The position numbers and the translations under genes are program-made. A DNA stretch of 64,000 nucleotides from an uncultured Verrucomicrobiae bacterium (GTDB taxonomy: Bacteria > Verrucomicrobiota > Verrucomicrobiia > Limisphaerales > JAFGQR01), in the NCBI GenBank assembly GCA_963788655.1, contig CAWBHS010000017.1:14353-78352 (forward strand). Reading direction: 5' to 3'. Positions 52,894-64,000 of the stretch are shown here, piece by piece (position 1 is the stretch's first letter; each line of letters starts with the position of its first letter). The notes below the pieces were generated by a model. It saw only the letters and a list, made by a program, of their open reading frames with translations. It had not been told where the DNA came from and did not search any database.

Positions 52894-54478
52894 TCAAACT
52901 GCCTTGGCTGGTTGCGGTTCCCGCAGTCGCCGCGATTTGTTGTTTCCCGCTAAAGTGGGCAGGGGATTGAACGTTAATGACAATTGAGTCTGCCGCTGCC
53001 AGCGCAGGGCGGCTTTCTGCCAACCCTCGGAGGCCAACTCGCTGAGGATGAGGAACAAGTTCTCGTTCGCCGCACAAGCGCAGCGCATGCAACAACGGGT
53101 TCGGGGCCGTGAATCGCAATCAAGGTGACACGGCCGAGCGGTGAATTCAATCATGCCGGCCCGGCTCTGATGCACGTCGTGTTGGGCAGCGGGCAAAAGT
53201 TCCCGTCCCTCGCCGGTCGGCTCCGCCTGCCAAACGCGCGCGCCATCTTCCAACGTCAGTTTGATGGTCGCGAAACCGAGTTTCCGGGTGACAAAGGTGA
53301 AATCCTGCCACAAGTGCTCCAAAGAGTCAGCGCGCTCGCCTTCAATCTCAAACCAACGATTCAATGACAGCGCATATTGGATCTGCCGGCGCATGTCGAG
53401 CGAGTTGCCCAGCACGCGACCCACCGAAAACCACTCGCGGCTGAAACTCAACTTGCGGGCAAACAACAGCAACGCCAGCACCAACAGACCCATCAGAATC
53501 GGCACCCATCGTCCTTGCGACCAAAAGGCGCCAAAGCCCATCAACAACAGCCCCAGAGTGATGCCGGTACACAATCAGCACCACTTTGCGGCGGGAATAG
53601 CCAATTTCCGCCAGCCGATGATGAAGGTGCCGGCGGTCCGGGCGAAAGACCGGCAGACCTTTCAGCCCGCGGCGTACGATCGCCAGGAACGTATCCAGGA
53701 TCGGAAGCGCCAGCACGAACAAGGGCGCAATCAGCGCGGCTACCACGGTGCCCTTGTGTGAGCTGACGATGGAAAGCACGGCAATCAGGAAACCCAGGAA
53801 ATAGGCGCCGCCATCGCCCATGTAAATTCGGGCGGGCGGGAAGTTGTAATACAAAAAGCCCAGCAAGGCGCCCGCCATGCCGGCCGCCAACAGGCCGATA
53901 TTCTGCGCCGCGTTACCCACGTATGCCAACAGCACCATGAGCATCAGACTGATGCCCGCCGCCAACCCGTCGGCGCCATCAATGAGGTTGATTAAATTGG
54001 TGATGGCCACCAGCCAAAGAATCGTGATCGGGCCACCCCAGGCGCCGAGAAAATAGATTGTGCCGGTGAAAGGGTCTTTGAATTGTTCAATGCGAATTCC
54101 AAAGTAATAAACCGTGGCGGCAATCAAGATCTGGAGGAAGAACTTCTTCCGCGCTCCAATGGGCCGCAAGTCATCCGCAAACCCCAGCAGGAACATTCCC
54201 ACTGACCCAAAGGCCACCATCCCCTGAATCGTCAAATCGTGGCCGCCGGAAGAATAACAGGCCGCCACCACCGCGGCCGTAACCAGGAAAGCGCTGATCA
54301 AGGCGAGCCCTCCCAGTCGGGACACGGGCGTTTGGTGGGTGTGGTGCAATTCGCGCAACGGATTGCCGGTTTCCCGATGCTGGCACAGCCTGATGATCCA
54401 CGGCGTCAGAATAAAGGTGATCCCCAGCCCCAAGAGCGCACAGGACAACATTGAAATAATACTCATACCCCAATTCAA
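52894..54478 (-). CDS. WecA/MraY-family undecaprenyl-phosphate GlcNAc-1-P transferase with C-terminal extension (frameshift near 53572)
   Basis: LGG, GFADD, NLINLIDGADGLA, YNFPPARIYMGDGG, DRRHLHHRL. Confidence 0.88.
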
Positions 54479-54991
54479 CTTTGGTTGTTACTCCCTATTC
54501 TTACTGTTCTCGTATTTAAGGTCACATTCATAGTTTGCATTGGCATTTCGCCCTTTGGGCAGGATCATTTCCATTATCCGGCAAGCCCAGCCTCAAGCGC
54601 CGACCGAGACGGGAATTGCCTCTCCCAAAATTCTAAAGCCAATCTGCGCACATTCATTGTCCGGCGATCCGATCTTTATAACACTGCCAACCAAATCCTC
54701 CATGCGGTTGGGTGTCCAGCAAAACTGGAACGAGCGCTAAACTGAATAGCCCGTATTTACACCAAATTCCACCGATTCTCAAGATTAAACTGGAACAGGA
54801 AGCACATCGGCGGACTTCAGCAAAACCTTGAATGAATTGTTTATGTTCCGTGCGATCCTAGTCTGCAAAACGCACTCAAGCTACTGGAATCAAGTTGCTT
54901 GCAATGCATCGCATTGCCACGGCCACACATTTTGATTCGCGTCTTTAAGCCCTTGAATTAAGATGACGAGATTAATGCCTGTTGCAATTGC

Positions 54992-56653
54992 ATGAAGAAG
55001 ATATTCGTTGGTGTCTTGGTTCTCGGATTACTCGCCGGTGGGGTATGGTTTGGCCGCCCGGCCTACAAGAATTGGGTTGCCCGCCGTTCCCTGGCCCAAG
55101 CGCAGGATCACTGGGCCAAGCGCGAGTATCGCGAAGCCAGTCTCTGTGCGCGCAAAGTCCTGGCAGTTCGCCCAGCCAACGTCGAAGCCACGCGGATGAT
55201 GGCGCACCTTGCCGAAATGGCGAACGCCCCGGCGGCCATTAAATGGTGGCAACGGGTGGTCGAATTGGAACCGAAGGCCCTGCAAAACCGTCTCGACCTC
55301 GCCCGGGTGGCGGTGGCCCTCAAGAATATTTCCGCTGCGCGAGAAGCCTTGGACGGAGTGGCGGAGGCGGATCGGAACACTTCGGCCTTTCACGAAACCT
55401 CGGCCATGGTGGCCATCACCGCCGGCCACCTGGGGGAGGCGGAGCACCACTTTACCGAAGCCATTCGACTGAACCCGGAGAATTCCGCCATGCGACTCAA
55501 CCTCGCGGTACTACAAAGCCAGTCCACCAATGCGCAAGTCGCCCAAACCGCCCAACAGACGCTCGAAGAACTCGTCAACGACAAGAAGGTCCGTCGGAAC
55601 GCTTTGCGGCAACTGACTCTGATGGCTCAGCAGAAGAATGACCTCGCGAGTGCCCAAAAGTACGCCCAACAACTCCAGGCCGACCCGGAAGCGCCGTTTG
55701 AGGATCGTGTTCTGTATCTGACCGTCCTGACGAAAAGCAAAGCCGCGGCGGCTACCAATTACCTGGCCACGTTGCAACAGGAAGCAGAGAAACGTCCCGA
55801 CCAGATTTTCACTTTGGCGAGTTGGATGCTCGGCCAGGAACAAGCCAAGGCAGCATTGGAATGGTTGAACCAGCTTCCCGAACCCACGAAACAGCAACAA
55901 CCGGTAATGATGGCCCGGGCCGACTGTTATTCCGCGCTGGAAGATTGGGTGGCGTTGCAGGAACTGCTGAAGGACCAGAAATGGGAGTCCTTGGAATTCA
56001 TGCGTCTGGCCATCCTGGCCAAGGCGGCCAATGAGCAGGGACATGAGTTGGCCGCCCGCAGCCAATGGAAACAGGCGGTCGCGGAAGCCCGCCCCAGCCT
56101 CAAAGCCCTGCAAACCCTGTTGCGGATGGCGACCGCTTGGAAGTGGGACGACGACCGGGAAGATTTGCTTTGGACCATTGCGCAATACTTCCCCGCGGAA
56201 CGGTGGGCGCTGGCGGAGTTGGAGAAATGGTATTACACCCAAGGTAACACCCGCGGCCTCCAAAAAGTCTATACGGAGCAGGCCAGTTTCAATCTCAAGG
56301 ATCTCGCCGCTAAAAACAACCTGGCCACCACGTCGATGCTGCTCAAGACGCAACTGAGCCAGGCGTACGACATGGCGCAACAGGTTTATGCCGCCGCGCC
56401 GGACCAGCCTGCGTTTGTCTCCACCTACGCTTATGCGCAACACCTCCAGGGAAAAACCGAGGACGGACTGAAAGCCTTGGAAAAACTCAAGCCGCAAATC
56501 CTGGAGAATCCCGCCGTGGCAGTGTATTACGGAACCCTCCTGGTGGCCGCCGGCAACACCAACCAAGCGAAGAAGTATTTGGAGATCGCCCAAAAAGGCC
56601 GGCTTCTGCCCGAGGAAAAGGCACTGGTGCAAAACGCCTTGAAGGGCAATTAA
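54992..56653 (+). CDS. membrane-anchored TPR protein
   Basis: N-terminal TM; repeated TPR helices. Confidence 0.82.
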   Translation: MKKIFVGVLVLGLLAGGVWFGRPAYKNWVARRSLAQAQDHWAKREYREASLCARKVLAVRPANVEATRMMAHLAEMANAPAAIKWWQRVVELEPKALQNRLDLARVAVALKNISAAREALDGVAEADRNTSAFHETSAMVAITAGHLGEAEHHFTEAIRLNPENSAMRLNLAVLQSQSTNAQVAQTAQQTLEELVNDKKVRRNALRQLTLMAQQKNDLASAQKYAQQLQADPEAPFEDRVLYLTVLTKSKAAAATNYLATLQQEAEKRPDQIFTLASWMLGQEQAKAALEWLNQLPEPTKQQQPVMMARADCYSALEDWVALQELLKDQKWESLEFMRLAILAKAANEQGHELAARSQWKQAVAEARPSLKALQTLLRMATAWKWDDDREDLLWTIAQYFPAERWALAELEKWYYTQGNTRGLQKVYTEQASFNLKDLAAKNNLATTSMLLKTQLSQAYDMAQQVYAAAPDQPAFVSTYAYAQHLQGKTEDGLKALEKLKPQILENPAVAVYYGTLLVAAGNTNQAKKYLEIAQKGRLLPEEKALVQNALKGN

Positions 56654-56766
56654 TCACAATGTTTCCCACGCGGTGCATCGACGTGGGTAAGCGGAGCGCA
56701 GGAAGAGGGTAACCGTCCGGCCGAGCCGTCTTACGCTGAGCGCAGCGGGCATGGCAGGATGACGCG

Positions 56767-57195
56767 GTGAAACAACAACCGTCCAAATCCGCCGAACGCC
56801 GACGACATCGCACCCCCAAAGAGAAAGCCAGGATTCCTCAAAGAGCACGAACGCAGGGGGCTCTCGTTGATGGCGTTTGCTCGAATGCATGGGCTCTGCT
56901 CCGCCAGCTTGCGCCGCTGGAGGTCCGGGGACTGGCCAGTTGGGGTTGGCGCCGGGTGAGTCGCCGTCTGGTGAGCGACCGGCAAGCCAAGTATGGGCAT
57001 GGCCTTGAGCTGGTGGAAACGTTCGTGGATCGGAGCCGCTTCCCGGGCGGCGCTTACGCGGCCAGCAATTGGTTGGAGGTGGGGCTCACCCAAGGACGCA
57101 GACGCGGGGATCGCGAGCGCCGGATCCAGGTGCCCAAGAAAGCCGTGTATGTGTATCCACTGAGCAGCCAGGCCCGCCAAAGGTTATGCCGATGA
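56767..57195 (+). pseudogene. DUF4338-like C-terminal fragment associated with the transposase
   Basis: YGHGLELVETFVD.SRF.G..YAASNW.EVGLTQGR.RGD...PKK.VYVYPL. Confidence 0.7.
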
Positions 57196-58634
57196 GCGAG
57201 TCCCCAGAGGAAAGGTTGGCGGAGGAAATCCGGCGGTTGCGCGAGGAGAACGAGGCGCTGCGCCTGCAACACCGCCAAGGACAGTCGGAGATCGAGGCGT
57301 TGCGAATCCAGCTCCAGGAGCTTGAAGTCATTCGTCGCAACCTGGCGCACACGATCGCCGTTTACCAGCGCTGCCTCTTTGGTTCGCGATCCGAGAAGAT
57401 TGATCCCAAAGAACTGGAGGCGCGGATTGCCCAAGCGGCAGCCGAAGCCCGGGAACAACTGGCCAAGGACAAACGCCCCGGAGATCCGCCGCCCGAAGCC
57501 GAGAAAGAACAACCCGAAGCGAGGGCCACGGCGGACACGACTGCCGCCCCCGCCGACTCGCCCACGGAGCGGCAGAAAGCGAAGAAGCGCACCGCTCGCC
57601 CGCACGGTCGCGGAGGTTTTCCCGCGCATTTGCCGCGGCGGCGAATCGAGCATCCCGTCGATCCCGCGCAGGCCGTCTGTGCGGGTTGCGCGGATCATCC
57701 CCCCTGGTCCAAGTGGGGGAGGATACCTGTGAGAAGCTGGTCAAACTGCCCGTTCAATATGAGGTGCAAGTCCATGTGTATCCCCAGATGGCCTGCCAAC
57801 AGTGTCATGAAGGCGTAACCAGCGCGCCTCGCCAGGACAACCACCTCAAAGCCGATGGGAGCGTGATCGCCGATGTGGTGGCCAAGAAATATGTCGAGCA
57901 CCAGCCACTGTACCGCCAGCAACAAGCCTTTGAGCGACTGCAGATCCCGCTTTCCCCGCAGACGCTCTGCGACTGGACGGGATGGTGCAGCGACCAGGTT
58001 GGCGCCGGTGGTCACAGCCCTGGCCGATTACATCCGGTCTCACTCGTTGATCCAGTCCGACGAGACCCCGGTGCGGATGCAACTGGCCGATGGCCAGATG
58101 GAGACGGCCCGACTCTGGGCCTACGGGTTGCCCTGGGCGGAGGTGGTGTTTGATTTTCGCACGGACAAAAGCCAGCAAGGCCCCAAGGAGTTCCTGACCG
58201 GGATCCGGGCCCGGTTCGTGCAGGCCGATGGCGGCAGTTCGTATGAACCGGTGTTTAAGGCGCTGGATCTGATGCATGTGGCATGCATGGCGCATATTCG
58301 TCGGAAGATCTTCGAGGCCCGAGCCGATGCCCCCGTGGCCGTCAATTTGGTGTTGGCCGCGATCCAGAAGCTCTATCGGATCGAAGCGCGTGCCAAGGCC
58401 GAGGCGCTGAGTCTTGAGGCCCGTCAGGAACTGAGGCAACGCGAGGCCCAGCCGATCTTCATGGAGGTCGGCCAACTGATCGCCACGATGCGCAAGGATG
58501 TCCTCCCCAAGAGTCCCTTGGGCCGGGCGCTGAGCTATGCGGAGGGCCAATGGCCCGCGATGGCTCGATACCTGGAAGTTCCGCAAGCCGAGCTGGACAC
58601 TCGATCGAACACAGTCTCCGGGGCGTGGTGTTAG
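57192..58634 (+). mobile_element. IS66-family transposase TnpC, frameshifted and 3' truncated
   Basis: LFGSRSEK, PAHLPR, KYVEHQPLYRQ, SDETPV, CMAHIRRK, PKSPLGRALSY. Confidence 0.87.
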
Positions 58635-58696
58635 GGGTGGACCTGGTAGGGAATTTCGTCTGGATCAGCGATGGATGCTGCTGTTCGCGCTGCCGG

Positions 58697-58885
58697 ACAG
58701 CAGCGTGCTACCGGCAGAAACGGAAGCACCAGGAACCTCCGAACCGACGCCAACTCCCGAGACGTTTGGTGCGCTCGTCGTTTCTTGCCAATTCGCGCCC
58801 CCTTCTTCCGTTCGCTCTGCCGGCAAGATGCCGGCAGCACATTGGCAGCGTGCTGCCGGCGTCTCGCCGGCAGAATCGGAAGCAC
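58697..58885. repeat. cluster of GTGCTGCCGGC-type REP-like palindromes
   Basis: three related units; same family as 3750-3785. Confidence 0.75.
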
Positions 58886-59217
58886 CAATCCATTCGGCGG
58901 GAATCCACGGACTGGCAAAGAAGACCTGCATAACGCTGCGTCACTCGATTCTCCGAGCCACGATCAAGCCCTGGATAAGCTTGCCCGCCACTGCCGGCGA
59001 CTCCATGAAGCGCATCTCCGCCAACAGGCTTTGCAGGCGGGCGGAATCGAAGCCAAGGATCTTGAGTGCATCACCGGTTAGTTGCTTTTTCAGCATGTCA
59101 ATGTAGAGCACCGCGTAACTGGCAAACCGGCCGGTATCCCGGGCGACACTTACGAGAGTTTGCGACGCTCTCCTGAGAAGCCGCTACGTTACCAAAATGG
59201 CCGTTCCCGGCGAATTC

Positions 59218-61041
59218 TCACTCCACACTCTGGAACTGCATCTCATGCAGCTTCTGGTAAATTCCACCGCGTTTCAGCAAGTCGGCATGTTTGCCTTGCT
59301 CGACGATGCGTCCTTGGTCCATCACCACGATCAAGTCCGCTTTTTGCACCGTCGAAAGCCGGTGGGCGATGCAGATGGTGGTGCGGCCTTTCATCAATTC
59401 CTCCAGGGCCGCTTGCACGAGCCGCTCGGATTCGGTGTCCAAGGCGCTGGTGGCTTCGTCCAGAACCAGAATGGGGGCGTCCCTCAAAATGGCGCGCGCG
59501 ATGGCGATCCGCTGCCGCTGCCCTCCCGAGAGCATGGCGCCGCGCTCGCCAATCATCGCTGTCGATATCCCTCCGGCCGTGCCACAATGAAATCGTGGGC
59601 AAATGCGCATGCGGGCTGCCGCCATGACTTTCCGGTCGTGGCGCCGGGGCGCCCCAGGGCAATGTTGTTGCGGATGGTGTCGTTGAACAAAATGATTTCC
59701 TGCGTGACCACCGCGATCTGGTTGCGCAGGTCGCTGATGGTCACATCACGAATGTTGGTGTCGCCGATGCGCACGCGGCCGGTCTGCGGGTCGTAGAATC
59801 GCATCAGGAGATTGGTCACCGTGGTTTTGCCCGAACCGCTGGTGCCGACCAGCGCGACGATGGAGCCAGCCCTGACCGTTAGGTGAAAGTCCTGCAAGGC
59901 GGGCTTCTCATAGTAGTGGAAGTAGAGGTGTTCAAAATGAAGTCCGCGTTGGCCGCACCCAAGGGAACCGGGTGGGCGGGTTCCGGAAGATCCGAACGGG
60001 TGTTGAGCAACTGAAACACCCGTTCGCTGGCGGCGCGGGCCTGCTGCATCTGATTATGCAGTTTGGTCAGTAGTTTGATCGGCCGGTACATGGCAAAGAT
60101 GCTGCCGATCACCATCACAAAATCGCCCGCCGACGTTTTTTGCACCCCGCCAGTCAGCATGATGTACAGCAACAAACCCGCCACGCCGACCGAACCAAAG
60201 AATTCAATGAGCGGCCCCGGGATTTCCATGGACCGGACCATGCGCATGTAGCGCTAATGGCACCGCGCCCTTTGTGGAGGAATTGCCGGATAATCGTGTC
60301 TTCCAAGTTGTAGGCTTTGATGATGCGCGTGGCGGTGAAACACTCGTGCATCAGTTTGGAAATTGCCGCCAGTTCAGCCTGGATGCGTTTTGCCGCCCGG
60401 CGGACCTTGCGGCTGTAAATCAGAATGGGCCCCGCGCAGATGGGGATGACCGCCAGGGCCGCCAGCGTCAGACGCGGGCTTTGCCAGAGCAGGAAAATCA
60501 GCAGGCTCAACAGCGTGAACGGTTCCTTGATCACCACGCCGATGTTGTTGCTGACCGTGACACGCAGGGTGCCCACATCGTTCATGATGCGCGACATCAA
60601 CTCGCCGGTGCTGGTTTGATGGAAAAAACTCAATGGTAATCCAAACAGGTGAGTGAATAAACGGTTGCGCAAATCGGTGATCGAGCGGATGGCCACCCAA
60701 CTGAGCAAGTAGGAATTGAGGTAACCCAGGGAACTGCGCAGCAGCATGACTCGCGGGAATGATCGAGACGACCAGCAGCATGGCGGTGGGATGCTGCGCC
60801 GCCCCGCCAAGGCCGTGATCCAACCCGCTTAACCGTTCCTGAATCCAGGACGGAGCCCAGTCCGGCAGGCGGATCATTGATGAGACTCCGGCGGTGGAAA
60901 AAGCACGTCCACCACGATTTTGACCGTGAACATCAACATCGGTTCGACGATGCCGCACAACAGGCCGGTGAAGATCCCGAGAAACAAACGGAATCGGTAC
61001 GGCCGCACCAGGTGCCAGACTCTACGTGCAAACTCAATCAT
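59218..61041 (-). CDS. msbA: MsbA-like ABC exporter (multiple frameshifts)
   Basis: TM domain, [39 protein letters not shown]. Confidence 0.85.
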
Positions 61042-61129
61042 TTGGTGGCCCGGACTATGCCGCGAAAATGCCCTGCCGGCGAGGGATTTTAGTTGAAGTG
61101 ACTGTGTCACTCGTAGTATTGCAGGCACC

Positions 61130-64000
<2,871 letters not shown>

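Noticed and set aside
58941..59096. 51-aa minus-strand ORF after msbA
   Set aside because: Plausible composition but no recognisable motif; insufficient support.

Overview
GC-rich bacterial chromosomal window. The gene repertoire (DUF1559-type prepilin protein, DUF1080, PQQ propeller, many glycoside hydrolases, eboE) suggests Verrucomicrobiota or another PVC lineage; this is inference. Many genes, including normally essential accC and msbA, carry single-base frameshifts, most likely long-read assembly errors. Ordinary content: a cytochrome c/Rieske/cytochrome b/nonaheme cytochrome operon, GH116/GH95/GH2 hydrolases, a VapBC-like pair, eboE-eboC, holB, accBC, thiE, a peptide-recycling cluster, DUF4331-TPR, rsmI, wecA, an IS66 remnant, msbA and pseB, with several families of REP-like palindromes. 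The most unusual region is ~22.7-27.2 kb, an integron-type cassette array on the minus strand with a Pc-like promoter, an attI-like site, six attC sites with matching cores and no integrase in the window. (i) Three consecutive cassettes carry genes, one an MT-A70 methyltransferase, in antisense orientation. Their start and stop codons lie inside the attC sites, in a fixed frame, forming a translationally coupled and apparently shuffle-compatible operon. (ii) An ORF-less group IIB-type intron sits in an attC R' core, and its EBS1/EBS2 are complementary to that attC. (iii) A 3' remnant of a second such intron marks the next, deleted attC. A compact, highly structured ~190-nt candidate ncRNA lies at 30.0-30.2 kb.
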